Source: Candidatus Bilamarchaeaceae archaeon (lineage in GTDB: Archaea > Micrarchaeota > Micrarchaeia > Anstonellales > Bilamarchaeaceae). From it: a stretch of 41,438 bases of DNA. The notes beneath the pieces were generated by a model, which searched no databases, was not told the DNA's origin, and worked only from the letters and a program-made list of their open reading frames with translations. Position numbers and translations under genes: made by a program. The stretch covers positions 1 through 41,438 of the forward strand of contig JAWCKZ010000007.1 in assembly GCA_038851325.1 (NCBI GenBank). Reading direction: 5' to 3'. Shown here piece after piece: positions 1 through 10,336 of the stretch. Each line of letters starts with the position of its first letter. The first letter of the stretch is position 1.

Positions 1-150
1 TCAGGCAGCCCAGTTGACTGGAGCGCACCAGAAAACAGGGTTGTTGTGAGAGAGGTTGTCCAAGGACAAAAGATTGTCGTGGCTGGCAAGGAAGCAGACG
101 ATACCATTGAGGCAGCCAACCAGTTCATATCCAGACTGAGATCGGCGTAA
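1..150 (+). CDS. 3' end of probable S-layer protein (partial, runs off window start)
   Basis: Frame 1 is open from base 1 to TAA at 148-150: SGSPVDWSAPENRVVVREVVQGQKIVVAGKEADDTIEAANQFISRLRSA. IVVAG-x2-ADDT-x2-AA resembles the C-terminal motif of archaeal S-layer proteins. A long T-tract follows. Not in the ORF track. Confidence 0.6.
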   Translation, partial: SGSPVDWSAPENRVVVREVVQGQKIVVAGKEADDTIEAANQFISRLRSA

Positions 151-154
151 CGCC

Positions 155-178
155 TTTCTCTTTTTCTTTTTTTCTTTT
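155..178 (+). terminator. Archaeal oligo-T terminator
   Basis: tttctctttttctttttttctttt immediately after the stop codon at 150. Confidence 0.55.
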
Positions 179-568
179 CAAAAAATTCGTCTGAATTTTG
201 CAGCGGCGTTTTAGTTTCTCGTTTGTTCTCTTTTTAACCTCGTTCGGAGCGCATGCATTGTTTTTATCTTATCATCTATTTGCAATATTAGGGGCTAGCT
301 AAATCATCCAGTCATTATCCTGGCAGATGCGTCTCTCAAAAATTTCTTCTGGTAATTGTCTAAGAGCCAACCAACGCCCAGTTATTTTGAGGGAGTTTGG
401 TTCTCGTCCACTTTTCTCTTTTTTGCAAAAGTTGAAAATTCGCACGATGAGCGAATTGATCGTGGTGCCTGGTGATTTTTAAACTCTTACTATAGTTTTC
501 TTAAGATTAAGCACGTTCCCTTCGGCCGCACAGTCTTGCTCTGTACCTACGAGATAATTTGCAGGCTC

Positions 569-619
569 ATGCTCTTATAAGAGCACATTTTTAAGTTTTA
601 TGCTCCTATAAGAGCACAT
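569..619 (+). promoter_or_regulatory. Twin palindromic operator sites flanking a TATA-like box
   Basis: ATGCTCTTATAAGAGCACAT (569-588) and ATGCTCCTATAAGAGCACAT (600-619) are 19/20 identical with a 31-bp period. Core TGCTCTTATAAGAGCA (570-585) is a perfect 16-bp palindrome. TTTTTAAG lies between them; the second copy overlaps the ATG at 618. Confidence 0.65.
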
Positions 620-1877
620 GGTAGTTCCGACAAAGAAGGAAATCCTGGATTTTTCGCCTATCAATAGAGGCGAGAAGGAAGAGCTGCCGGCGTATAAAAG
701 GAAGTCCTTTTTCGAAGTAAAAAAACTGCTGGAGAGCGGGCTGATTGTAGCCATCACCGGCCTAAGGCGCGTCGGAAAAACGACGCTGATGAAACAACTT
801 CTGGAAGAAGATGCCTTCTTCTTCTCTTTTGATGAAAAAAGGTATACGAATCCAGAAACATTGAAGAGGGTTGTTGAAGTTTTTTTGGAAGAAAAAGAGA
901 AACCGCTCATCGCCCTTGATGAGATATTCCGGGTGGACGACTGGGCAGGCATACTGAAAAGATACCACGATCAGAAAAAGGCAAGATTCATCCTAAGCGG
1001 CTCTTCCTCGCTGATGGTAAAAAAGGGAGTCGAGAGCCTGAGCGGAAGGCTGCTCACGCATTACCTCCCTCCGCTTCAATTTGACGAATATCTGGAGCTG
1101 AAAGGAGAAAGTCCGGAAAAAAGGTCATTGGGAGAAGCCTTTAAGATAAAGAAAAGGTATGAGGAGGATGCCCAGGAATTTTTAAAGGTCGGCTCGTTCC
1201 CTGAGATAGTGAAAATGGATGAAAAAACCGCGGTAGAATACATACGGACAAGCACTGTCGAAAAGATCGTGTTCGATGACATTCCATCAACATTCCGGGT
1301 TGAATACCCATCAAAGCTTTACGATTTGGTAAAACTATGCGCTACTGCCTCATCCCGGCTTTTTACCGAAGTCAATTTCGCAGAAGCGCTTCAGATAAGC
1401 AGGCATGCCATTTCAGATTACCTCCTTTATCTGGGCAAAGCATATCTGGTGGACATTCTCTATCCAATGGGATCATTTCAAAAGGCATTAAAAAAACAGA
1501 AAAAAATCTTCGTAAAAACAGCATCAATATACAACGCACTTGCAGAAAATCCTACAATCGGGCAGGCGGTCGAAACTGCAGTGTACGACAAGTTAAGCGA
1601 AGAGAAAATATCGTTTTATACGGACCCGCAAAAAAGGGAAATCGATTTTATATGGGATATGCCAATCGAGGTAAAATACCAAACGATTGTAACCCGTGAA
1701 GATATGCAGAATCTCCTTTATTATATGAAGAAATACAAAAAGGGAAGTGGCTTAATAGTAACAAAGGACCTCTTTGATGAAAAAAAGATCGACGGAAAGC
1801 GCATCTCATTTATCCCACTAGACGTCTTTCTTTTAGCGGAAAAAAGGCATCTAGGTCGAGTGGCGGAACAACGATAG
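618..1877 (+). CDS. AAA+ superfamily ATPase (AAA_14/DUF4143 type) with C-terminal PD-(D/E)xK-like motif
   Basis: Walker A GLRRVGKT, Walker B IALDEI, LSGSSS, GSFPE, C-terminal REIDF..PIEVKY. Confidence 0.85.
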   Translation: MVVPTKKEILDFSPINRGEKEELPAYKRKSFFEVKKLLESGLIVAITGLRRVGKTTLMKQLLEEDAFFFSFDEKRYTNPETLKRVVEVFLEEKEKPLIALDEIFRVDDWAGILKRYHDQKKARFILSGSSSLMVKKGVESLSGRLLTHYLPPLQFDEYLELKGESPEKRSLGEAFKIKKRYEEDAQEFLKVGSFPEIVKMDEKTAVEYIRTSTVEKIVFDDIPSTFRVEYPSKLYDLVKLCATASSRLFTEVNFAEALQISRHAISDYLLYLGKAYLVDILYPMGSFQKALKKQKKIFVKTASIYNALAENPTIGQAVETAVYDKLSEEKISFYTDPQKREIDFIWDMPIEVKYQTIVTREDMQNLLYYMKKYKKGSGLIVTKDLFDEKKIDGKRISFIPLDVFLLAEKRHLGRVAEQR

Positions 1878-1890
1878 ATGGGTAAGCGCG

Positions 1891-2484
1891 TTAACTCCTT
1901 TTTTCCATCTCAGCGCGCCTGCCGCGCATCTTTGCAAGACGTTTCAGCAGCAATTTTCTTCGTATGGATTTATTAAACACAACCTTCTTTGAAGGTCTTC
2001 CTTTCTGTCCTGCTGAAGTCAACCCTCTGAATGCCCGTCCTCTTCGTTTTGTCGCGCTTATCTTTACAATGGAGGGGTCTGCAAGTATAACCTCAAAGTA
2101 GCTAAAATCCCCGTCGTCTCCCACCCAGTAGCTGTTTAGCACCTCCATGTTCCTATACTTCCTGGCAGCCTTCTGCTCTGCAATCACTTGATGGGAAAGA
2201 CCAGACGGCTTAATAAAATATAGATTCTTCGCCTTTCTTCCGCCCATTGGCGCAGGCCTTCTCCTTGCGCCACGCTTAACCTTAACACGAACTATTGCAT
2301 ATCCTCTTTTTGCCTTATAACCAAGGCTTCTTGCTCTTGGAAGATTCGTAGGCTTGTCCATTCGCTCTATCGTAGGTCCCTTTCTCCACGACGTAAGACG
2401 ATTACGATAAACCGCATTCCGTCCTGAATATTCGCTCTCAAATGTCTCCGTTATGTATCTGTAAGCGCCCACATCATCACCCAT
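1891..2484 (-). CDS. rpl15e: 50S ribosomal protein L15e
   Basis: PTNLPRARSLGYKAKRG, NMEVLNSYWVGDDG, GRAFRGLTSAG. Confidence 0.97.
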   Translation of the reverse strand: MGDDVGAYRYITETFESEYSGRNAVYRNRLTSWRKGPTIERMDKPTNLPRARSLGYKAKRGYAIVRVKVKRGARRRPAPMGGRKAKNLYFIKPSGLSHQVIAEQKAARKYRNMEVLNSYWVGDDGDFSYFEVILADPSIVKISATKRRGRAFRGLTSAGQKGRPSKKVVFNKSIRRKLLLKRLAKMRGRRAEMEKRS

Positions 2485-2577
2485 AAACCGCTAAAAATTC
2501 GCAGTGTTATCTTTTTCTACTGCCTATGTTTTTAAATATTTCTATTTTATATTTTAGCGTCTCATTTTGGTGAAACC

Positions 2578-2907
2578 ATGGAAAAGAATCCAGGTCAGTC
2601 AGTATTAATGAAAACGATAGAGGATATAAGAAACGCAGAGGAAAAATATGACAGCATTCTTTCGGCTTCAAAGGAAGAAGCAGAGAAAATCCTGAGAAAC
2701 GCGCGCGAGAAGATAGCAGAAGAGAGAGTAAAGATGGAGGAGGAAATCACTGCGTACAAAAACAGACAACTCAAAGAGGGCAGGGAGGCGATAGAGCAAG
2801 AGGTAGAGCGTATTCTTGAGAAAGCAAAAAAAGAAGGAGAGGCGATAAGAAAAAAAAGGGCAGATGAAAAAAAATTGATTTCTATCGCTGTGTCTCTGCT
2901 CAGGTAG
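2578..2907 (+). CDS. atpH: A/V-type ATP synthase subunit H (G-like peripheral stalk)
   Basis: Charged coiled coil (IRNAEE...AEKILRNAREK), first gene of the ATP synthase operon, GGTGA RBS. Confidence 0.8.
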   Translation: MEKNPGQSVLMKTIEDIRNAEEKYDSILSASKEEAEKILRNAREKIAEERVKMEEEITAYKNRQLKEGREAIEQEVERILEKAKKEGEAIRKKRADEKKLISIAVSLLR

Positions 2908-2916
2908 AGGGTGGCA

Positions 2917-4812
2917 ATGTTAAGACCTGCGAGGATGGCGAAGATACGGCTATTCGCAACTGAGAGCGCCGTTCCCTCCTTGATAAAAACGCTTCATGAA
3001 CTTGGTATCGTAGAGATTCGTAGATTTAAAGTGAAGGGACTTGAAGAAGGAAGACCGCTCAAGAGTTTTGACGAAATATCAGAAAATCTTGTGAAGATAA
3101 GAGCTCTTCTCTCGCTTCTCGGAGTTAGCGGCACGAGCGAGAGAGCGAATGTAGAATTAAAAGAACTTTTTGCTCAGGTAAAGGAAATTGATGAAACGAT
3201 TGGTACAAGAGTTCGCGAACTTGCGTCGGAAAGGGCACAACTGGAAGAAAAAAAGAGAGCGCTTTCCGCAAGGCTCGCAGTCGTCTCAAAGCTTGCACCG
3301 CTAAAAGATATCCAATTCGATAAAATTCGCACAAAGCGTCTTGACTATGTAGTCGGAGAACTACCATCGCAGAAGGTAGAGCTGCTAAAGAGCAGACTTG
3401 AAAAAAATCTTACTGACTATAACCTCATCCTTTCAGAGCAAAAGAGTGCAACCTCCATCGCCCTTCTGATATATCCAAAGCGCTCTGAGGGACTCGAGAC
3501 AATATTTGCTGAAGCAAGCTTCTCCCCCATTCAGGTTCCAGAAGGCACAACGCGGATAGACGACACGGAGTACAAACTCAAGGAAGAGCTCAGCGCGATA
3601 GATAAAAAAGAGCGCGAGATAGCGACAGAGATTTGCTCAATAGCCAAAAAGTACGGAAAACGACTTCTTGACTGCCTTGAAGTCCTCTCGATAGAGGCTG
3701 ATAGAGCCGAGATTGCCTCAAGATTCTCGATGTCAAAAAGGATAACAGGAATAGAGGGGTGGATAAAGGCTGCAGACCTTGGTAAACTTGAGAGCGCAAT
3801 AGCTCCTTTCGGCGATTCTGTTGTTCTTCAGAAAGAATCAATCAACGAGCATGAGCAACCGCCCATAGTTCTCGAAAATCCGGCCTATGCTGAGCCATTT
3901 GAGTTCATCACGAAAAACTTTTCCCTTCCAAATTATCGAGAATTTGATCCAACATTCATCTATTTTATCGGATTTCCGATAATCTACGGGATGGTTGTGG
4001 GCGATGTGTTCTACGGAATTCTCTCGCTGTTCGTAGCACAGAAACTCATGAAAATATTTTCAAAGAGCGAGATTATGCTTCCGATTTGCAAGATATGGTA
4101 CCTCTCTGCCTTCCCAAGCATTTTTTTCGGCTTGCTGTTTGACGAATGGGGCGGGCTCAGCCATGCAGGCTGGCTCCAACTCCTCGCTAAATGGGGAATA
4201 CCGATATCGCCAACACCACTCTATCACGGTGTTTTCAGCAGGCTTCACGACTTTTCCCTTCTGCTCGGTATAACACTTCTTATTGGACTCATTCACATAG
4301 CGATAGGCTTCCTGCTGGGTGCAACTCATCTCTGGGAACATCACAGAAAACACGCATACGCAAAACTGGCATGGCTCGGGTTTGAGATAGGCGGCGCGCT
4401 TGCTGTTGCGTCAGGCTTTCTCAACATACTTTCATCAGCATTCCTTCTTCCATCGCTTATAGTAACGGGTATATCGGTTGCAAGCCTTCTAGCGCTCGAA
4501 GGCGCGCTCGCAGCGCTTGAACTTCCAAGTCTTGTAGGAAACATTCTATCTTACGCAAGGGTAGCGGCAACAGGGGTTGCTGGCGTAGTGCTCGCCGAAT
4601 TAATAAACAAGTTCTTCATGCCGTTTCCAGAAGCAGGAATAGCAGCTATAATTCTTATTCCAATCCTATTTATTCTTCATGTCATAAACACGTTCATAGC
4701 GATGTTTGAGTCGCTCATTCAGGTTGGTCGTCTTAACATAATAGAGTTCAAATCGAAATTTGTTGAGGGTGGAGGCGTTCTCTTCACCCCGTTTGCGCTA
4801 AAGAAAAAATGA
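2917..4812 (+). CDS. atpI: A/V-type ATP synthase subunit I (a)
   Basis: MLRPARM N-terminus, PNYREFDPT, GMVVGDVFYG, LSYARV, RLNIIEF, multiple TM segments. ATG 2917 is preferred over GTG 2911 from the RBS position. Confidence 0.95.
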   Translation: MLRPARMAKIRLFATESAVPSLIKTLHELGIVEIRRFKVKGLEEGRPLKSFDEISENLVKIRALLSLLGVSGTSERANVELKELFAQVKEIDETIGTRVRELASERAQLEEKKRALSARLAVVSKLAPLKDIQFDKIRTKRLDYVVGELPSQKVELLKSRLEKNLTDYNLILSEQKSATSIALLIYPKRSEGLETIFAEASFSPIQVPEGTTRIDDTEYKLKEELSAIDKKEREIATEICSIAKKYGKRLLDCLEVLSIEADRAEIASRFSMSKRITGIEGWIKAADLGKLESAIAPFGDSVVLQKESINEHEQPPIVLENPAYAEPFEFITKNFSLPNYREFDPTFIYFIGFPIIYGMVVGDVFYGILSLFVAQKLMKIFSKSEIMLPICKIWYLSAFPSIFFGLLFDEWGGLSHAGWLQLLAKWGIPISPTPLYHGVFSRLHDFSLLLGITLLIGLIHIAIGFLLGATHLWEHHRKHAYAKLAWLGFEIGGALAVASGFLNILSSAFLLPSLIVTGISVASLLALEGALAALELPSLVGNILSYARVAATGVAGVVLAELINKFFMPFPEAGIAAIILIPILFILHVINTFIAMFESLIQVGRLNIIEFKSKFVEGGGVLFTPFALKKK

Positions 4813-4823
4813 GGTGAGAATAT

Positions 4824-5072
4824 ATGGCAGAAGCAATTGCAAGTTTAACAACGGGCGCCGCTGCGGCACTTGGTGCTGGAATTGCTATGGGGCTTAGTGC
4901 ACTTGCAGCAGCATGGTCTCAGGGAACACTGGGTGCATCAGCGCTTGGTGTGGCTGCAGAAAGACCTGAATTTGAGAGTAAGGTTATTCTGTACGTTGCT
5001 ATCCCAGAGACTATTGTGCTGTTCGGCTTTGTCATAGCGTTCATGCTCGTTGGTAGCGTGGCTGGACACTAG
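4824..5072 (+). CDS. atpK: A/V-type ATP synthase proteolipid subunit K (c), single hairpin
   Basis: Two hydrophobic helices, AERPE loop, IPETIVLFG with the essential Glu. Confidence 0.95.
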   Translation: MAEAIASLTTGAAAALGAGIAMGLSALAAAWSQGTLGASALGVAAERPEFESKVILYVAIPETIVLFGFVIAFMLVGSVAGH

Positions 5073-5103
5073 CAAGCTAGACAAAGCAACAGAGGGTGCG
5101 TCC

Positions 5104-5664
5104 GTGGGAATAGAGAGATTAACGTCCTCTCTTCTGAAAGAAGCAGAGCAGGAATCTGTAAAGATAATAGAATCTGCGAAATGGCACGTCGAAGAGATGG
5201 TGAAGGAAGAGAGGAAAAAAGAAGCTGAGATGAGGAAAAAAGCAGAGGAAGAAGTCAAAAGATTGTTGGAGGAACAGAGAACTGAGAGGCTTGCATGGGC
5301 GCGGCTCGAGGGAAAGCGGATAATAGCAGATGCGAAAGAGGATGCTATAAGAGCAGCCATAGACACAATATACGAATCGGCATCGGAGATACGAAAAACG
5401 AAGGAGTATGCAACATTTCTCTCAAAGAGTGTTGAGGAAGCGGTTCAGGAGCTTGGTGGTCAGGCGAAGGTCCATGTTCTAAAGGGAGAGAAAAAACTCC
5501 TACAAAAGATAAAGGCAGAGGTGCTGGAGAATCTCGAAGGGCTTGGCGGTGCGCTTGTGGAGAGCGCTGACGGGAAAACTGTCGTTGACCTCCGCCTTGA
5601 AACCGCTCTTGAGTTGCGCTCAGATGCGCTTAGGCGAGAAATAGCAGCTCTGCTGTTCAAGTGA
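5104..5664 (+). CDS. atpE: A/V-type ATP synthase subunit E
   Basis: MGIERL...KEAE N-terminus, LGGALVESADG..VDLRLE. Likely start is GTG 5104 after GAGGGTG (ORF track extends to 5050). Confidence 0.9.
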   Translation: MGIERLTSSLLKEAEQESVKIIESAKWHVEEMVKEERKKEAEMRKKAEEEVKRLLEEQRTERLAWARLEGKRIIADAKEDAIRAAIDTIYESASEIRKTKEYATFLSKSVEEAVQELGGQAKVHVLKGEKKLLQKIKAEVLENLEGLGGALVESADGKTVVDLRLETALELRSDALRREIAALLFK

Positions 5665-5679
5665 CACGGGTAGTTTGCG

Positions 5680-6777
5680 ATGTTCGCTCTTCCTAAATTT
5701 CCAAAAATAGAATCGCGTGCACTTAAATACGGCTATGCCAACGCGCGCGTTAAGGCAATGAAGGGGCTCCTTCTGGATGAGCAAACATACGAAGAGCTCA
5801 TCCGCGTTAAATCTGTGCCAGCAATGATAGAGCTCCTTCAGAGAACTTCCTACAAAAAGGATTTGGAGCGAGCAGAAAGTTATAGCGGCTCTGATGCTAT
5901 AGAGATAGCAGCCGCCAGAAGCTTCTCACGAGCAGTGAGTAAAATACTGCGCTTCGCACCGAAGGACGACTTACCAGCAGTCAGAGCGCTGTTGAGAAAA
6001 TGGGACCTTCTGAACATAAAGACAATACTGCACGCAAAGGCAACCGGCACAAGCTACGAACGAATAAAACCGTATCTTCTTCTCGTTGGCGGACTGACAG
6101 AAGAGAACATCGAAAGACTTGCAAGAGCAGATTCCGAAGCAGTATTTGCGGAGCTGAAAAAAACTGATATAGGTCGGGACATGCTCTCTGTCAGCACTGC
6201 TGCATTCAGCAGAAATATGCGCGAGGTCTTTAGCAATGCACTCAAAAACATGAATACCTTTCTCCAACTAGAAAGCATTCTTGATGCCTACACCTATCTT
6301 TACATGGATAAAGGACTTGCTGAGGTTGGTGGAAAGGAGATAGAAGCAATAAGAAAGGTGCTTAAAAGAGAGACGGATGCTAAGAATGTCCTCATCGTAG
6401 AGAGATTGAAAGCACGCGGTTTCCAGCGCACGGAGATAGAAAAATATTTCATTCGTGGTGGCACTCTCAGCACATCGTTCCTTGAAAAACTGGCTGAGAC
6501 TAGAGATAAAAAGACTGCTTTATCCCTGATAAAGACTAAGTTCCGCGGAATTGAGATCGATGAGAATTACTCCCTAACTGACCTCGAGATAGCGCTCGAG
6601 AAGTCTCTCGCGCGTGATAAACTTACAGCGTTTCATAAGAGCATTCTGTCTATCGGAGTTGTTCTTGGATTCGTACTTGTAAAAGAGGAAGAAATGCATA
6701 ATCTGAGAAAGATAGCAAAGGCAAAGGAGTTTGGAATACCTGAGGATGAGGTAAAAAAGATGCTCGTAGTGTTATAG
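5680..6777 (+). CDS. atpC: A/V-type ATP synthase subunit C
   Basis: YGYANARVKAMKGLLL, KWDLLNIKTILHAK, KEEEMHNLRKIAKAK. Confidence 0.95.
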   Translation: MFALPKFPKIESRALKYGYANARVKAMKGLLLDEQTYEELIRVKSVPAMIELLQRTSYKKDLERAESYSGSDAIEIAAARSFSRAVSKILRFAPKDDLPAVRALLRKWDLLNIKTILHAKATGTSYERIKPYLLLVGGLTEENIERLARADSEAVFAELKKTDIGRDMLSVSTAAFSRNMREVFSNALKNMNTFLQLESILDAYTYLYMDKGLAEVGGKEIEAIRKVLKRETDAKNVLIVERLKARGFQRTEIEKYFIRGGTLSTSFLEKLAETRDKKTALSLIKTKFRGIEIDENYSLTDLEIALEKSLARDKLTAFHKSILSIGVVLGFVLVKEEEMHNLRKIAKAKEFGIPEDEVKKMLVVL

Positions 6778-6799
6778 GTGCATACAATAGTGTGATGAT

Positions 6800-7120
6800 A
6801 TGAAGGCAAAGATACTTGTTATCGGCGATATGCCGCTCGTCACCGGAATGCAGCTTGCAGGCCTGGAGAACTGCTGGGCTGCGTCAGAGAGCGATTTTCA
6901 GCAAAAACTCGAGAGCGCACTTGGAAAAGAAGAGTTCGGGATAATAGTTGTCAATGAATATCTACTGAATAAAATAGATTGGAGACTACGGAAAAAACTT
7001 GACAGCATAGCCTACCCAGTCATTGTTCCGATGCCTGCTTATACCGGTGTGAGCGAAGAGAGAGATGAAATAAGGAATATGATAAAGCGCGCGCTTGGTT
7101 TTGATTTGAGTAAAAGATGA
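6800..7120 (+). CDS. atpF: A/V-type ATP synthase subunit F
   Basis: KILVIGD..LVTGMQLAG, IKRALGFDL; operon position. Confidence 0.93.
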   Translation: MKAKILVIGDMPLVTGMQLAGLENCWAASESDFQQKLESALGKEEFGIIVVNEYLLNKIDWRLRKKLDSIAYPVIVPMPAYTGVSEERDEIRNMIKRALGFDLSKR

Positions 7121-7138
7121 CGTTTATGAGGTGTTTAT

Positions 7139-8908
7139 ATGGCAAAGGGTGAAAAGGAAATTGCTGGCGTGATAACACGAATAACAGGTCCTGTTGTTGA
7201 GGGAAGACTTCCCGGCGCAAAGTTATACGACCTCGTGAAGGTAGGAAACGAAGGACTCATCGGAGAGATAATTAAGATAGTCGGTGAGACAGCAGTTGTA
7301 CAGGTATATGAGGATACATCTGGATTAAAACCAAATGAACCGATCGTCTCCACAGGGGAGCCGCTCTCAGTCGAACTCGGACCAGGTATTCTGAAGAACA
7401 TATATGATGGAATTCAAAGGCCGCTTCAAATAATAGAGGAAAAGTCTGGCGGCGTGTTCATAAAGAGAGGGCTAATAGCAGAGCCGCTTGACAGAAAGAA
7501 AAAATGGGAATTTAAGCCTAAGGTAAAAAAAGGAGAGCGTGTAAAAAAAGGAGACGTCCTTGGCACGGTGCAGGAGACAGAGGTCATAGAGCACAGAATT
7601 CTATCGCTCTATGATGGAAAGGTGGACAGCATATCAGCTGGAAAGTTTACCATAGATGAGGAGGTAGGAAGTATCTCTTTTGAAGGAAAGAAAGTTCCGA
7701 TAACTCTCTCGCATAAATGGCCTGTTAGAAAAGCAAGGCCTGTAGTGGAAAAATTCCCGCCCATAATTCCGCTTGTTACTGGTCAGCGTGTTATAGACAC
7801 CTTTTTCCCCATAGCAAAAGGCGGAACTGCGTGCGTGCCCGGACCATTCGGCTCGGGCAAGACGGTTACGCAGCACAGTCTTGCAAAATACTCTGATACA
7901 CAAATCGTCGTCTATGTCGGATGCGGAGAGCGTGGAAATGAGATGACTGAGGTTCTCAAAGAATTCCCTCACCTTATCGATCCAAATACAGGCAAACCTC
8001 TTATGGAACGAACGGTGCTCATTGCCAACACATCGAACATGCCGGTCGCTGCACGTGAGGCGAGTGTTTACACTGCAGTCACCATCGCGGAGTATTTCAG
8101 AGACATGGGATACGATGTTGCGCTCATGGCAGACTCAACAAGCAGATGGGCGGAGGCCATGCGTGAAATCGGCGGTCGTCTTGAGGAGATGCCTGGCGAA
8201 GAAGGTTATCCGGCCTACCTTGCAAGAAAGCTAGCAGAGTTTTACGAAAGAGCAGGCCGCGTGCGCTGCTTGGGAAGTGAAGAGCGCTATGGCTCAGTAT
8301 CCATTATAGGCGCTGTCTCTCCCCCTGGTGGAGATCTCTCAGAGCCCGTCTCTCAGAACACCCTTCGCGTTACAAAGGTCTTTCTCGCGCTCGATGCACC
8401 ACTTGCCTACAGACGCCATTTCCCTGCGTTTAACTGGCTGAAAAGCTACTCGCTCTACAAAAAAGATCTTGAAGCGTGGATGATGGAGAATATATCTTCC
8501 GATTTTCCAAAGCTCGCAAACAGAGCGATGGCACTTCTGCAGAAAGAAGCTGAACTTCAGGAAGTTGTTCAACTCGTTGGACCAGATGCGCTCCCGGAGA
8601 AGGAGCAGGCTGTGCTGATGATCACAAAGATGCTAAGAGAGGATTATCTTCAGCAGAACGCCTTTAGCGATGTAGATGCACGCTGCTCACTGAAAAAGCA
8701 ATATCTCATGCTCAAGACGATATTAAAATACGAAGAAAGAACAACGGCTGCTCTTGAGCTTGGTATTCAACTGAAGAAAATACAAGAACTTCCCTCAAGA
8801 ACGAAGATAGGACGAATGAAGGAAATCCATGAGGACAAACTTGAGGAGTTCGAGAAGCTCTCGAAGGAGATAGATGAGGAGTTCGAGACGCTCATAAAGT
8901 CTAGATAA
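7139..8908 (+). CDS. atpA: A/V-type ATP synthase catalytic subunit A
   Basis: [40 protein letters not shown]; no intein. Confidence 0.99.
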   Translation: MAKGEKEIAGVITRITGPVVEGRLPGAKLYDLVKVGNEGLIGEIIKIVGETAVVQVYEDTSGLKPNEPIVSTGEPLSVELGPGILKNIYDGIQRPLQIIEEKSGGVFIKRGLIAEPLDRKKKWEFKPKVKKGERVKKGDVLGTVQETEVIEHRILSLYDGKVDSISAGKFTIDEEVGSISFEGKKVPITLSHKWPVRKARPVVEKFPPIIPLVTGQRVIDTFFPIAKGGTACVPGPFGSGKTVTQHSLAKYSDTQIVVYVGCGERGNEMTEVLKEFPHLIDPNTGKPLMERTVLIANTSNMPVAAREASVYTAVTIAEYFRDMGYDVALMADSTSRWAEAMREIGGRLEEMPGEEGYPAYLARKLAEFYERAGRVRCLGSEERYGSVSIIGAVSPPGGDLSEPVSQNTLRVTKVFLALDAPLAYRRHFPAFNWLKSYSLYKKDLEAWMMENISSDFPKLANRAMALLQKEAELQEVVQLVGPDALPEKEQAVLMITKMLREDYLQQNAFSDVDARCSLKKQYLMLKTILKYEERTTAALELGIQLKKIQELPSRTKIGRMKEIHEDKLEEFEKLSKEIDEEFETLIKSR

Positions 8909-8919
8909 AAGGTGATTGC

Positions 8920-10299
8920 ATGAAGGAGTACAAAACTATTACCCAAATCGCAGGCCCGCTGGTTTTCGTTTCTGACGTGTCAGGAGTCAGTTATAACGAA
9001 ATTGTTGAGATAATACTTCCGAATGGTGAAAGGCGAAAGGGACAGGTACTGGATGTCAGCGAGCGCATAGCAGTCGTGCAGGTATTCGGTCCTACAACTG
9101 GGATAAACACGACATCGACATCTGTTCGCTTCCTTGGAGAGACCATGCGAATTGGATTGAGTACAGAGATGCTTGGACGGGCGTTCACAGGGCTCGGAGA
9201 GCCGAGAGATAAGGGACCGAGAATAATTCCAGAGGAGAAGCTGGATATAAACGGACTGCCTATAAATCCGTATTCTCGTGAAACACCATCAGAATTTATC
9301 CAAACAGGCGTATCGACGATAGATGGAATGAATACTCTGGTAAGAGGACAGAAACTCCCTATATTTTCAGGTGCTGGTCTTCCTCACAACCAACTTGCCG
9401 TTCAGATTGCGCGCCAAGCAAAGGTGCGTGGAAGCGGAGAGAAATTCGCTGTGGTGTTCGCTGCGGTTGGCATAACACACGAGGAAGCATCGTTCTTCAT
9501 CCGCGATTTCGAGAAGACCGGCGCGCTTGAGAATGCGGTACTTTTCCTTAATCTCGCTGATGACCCGTCGGTAGAACGACTTATCACACCAAGACTTGCG
9601 CTCACTACGGCAGAGTATCTCGCCTATGAGCATGATATGCATGTGCTTGTTATAATCACAGACATGACAAATTATGCCGAAGCGCTTCGTGAAATATCTT
9701 CAGCGCGAAATGAAGTTCCTGGAAGACGAGGTTATCCTGGTTACATGTACACGGACCTTTCAACAATCTACGAGCGCGCGGGAAGGGTGAAGGGAGCAAA
9801 AGGCTCTGTAACACAGTTCCCTGTTCTAACAATGCCAGGAGACGACAAAACACATCCGATTCCAGACCTTACAGGGTACATAACAGAAGGGCAGATTATT
9901 CTCAGCAGAGAGCTGCACAGAAAGAATATCTATCCTCCTGTTGACGTTCTCCCCTCGCTCTCTAGACTAATGAACAATGGAATAGGAGCTGGGAAAACGC
10001 GGGAGGACCACAAGGGTGTTTCGGACCAACTTTACTCAGCATACGCAACAGGAAGAGACCTACGAAGCCTGAGCGCAGTTGTTGGTGAGGAAGCGCTTAC
10101 AGCGATTGATAGGAGATATCTACGGCTTGCGGACGAATTTGAGAAGAAGTTCGTTCAACAAGGACCTTATGAGGACAGAGATATAGAAACAACGCTGAGT
10201 ATTGCATGGGACCTTCTTTCAATGCTACCCGAGGAGGAATTAAAGAGAGTGAAGAAAGAATACATCACAAAGTATCTTCCGAAGAAAAAGGAGGAATGA
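8920..10299 (+). CDS. atpB: A/V-type ATP synthase subunit B
   Basis: [44 protein letters not shown]. Confidence 0.99.
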   Translation: MKEYKTITQIAGPLVFVSDVSGVSYNEIVEIILPNGERRKGQVLDVSERIAVVQVFGPTTGINTTSTSVRFLGETMRIGLSTEMLGRAFTGLGEPRDKGPRIIPEEKLDINGLPINPYSRETPSEFIQTGVSTIDGMNTLVRGQKLPIFSGAGLPHNQLAVQIARQAKVRGSGEKFAVVFAAVGITHEEASFFIRDFEKTGALENAVLFLNLADDPSVERLITPRLALTTAEYLAYEHDMHVLVIITDMTNYAEALREISSARNEVPGRRGYPGYMYTDLSTIYERAGRVKGAKGSVTQFPVLTMPGDDKTHPIPDLTGYITEGQIILSRELHRKNIYPPVDVLPSLSRLMNNGIGAGKTREDHKGVSDQLYSAYATGRDLRSLSAVVGEEALTAIDRRYLRLADEFEKKFVQQGPYEDRDIETTLSIAWDLLSMLPEEELKRVKKEYITKYLPKKKEE

Positions 10300-10336
10300 A
10301 ATCTAAGAAAACCAAGAACGATGACGAGGTCGAAGC

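Noticed and set aside
297..460. 48-codon minus-strand ORF (VRIFNFCKKE...) and 7-bp hairpin AATTCGC-N7-GCGAATT at 437-457
   Set aside because: No recognisable motif or RBS, and the hairpin is too short to call a ncRNA.
569..619. Possible mini-CRISPR array
   Set aside because: Only two 20-bp units with an 11-bp spacer and no cas genes; position over a promoter fits operators better.
2489..2559. CGCTAAAA / TTTTAGCG inverted pair in the rpl15e-atpH intergenic region
   Set aside because: 8 bp and widely spaced in AT-rich DNA; compatible with chance.
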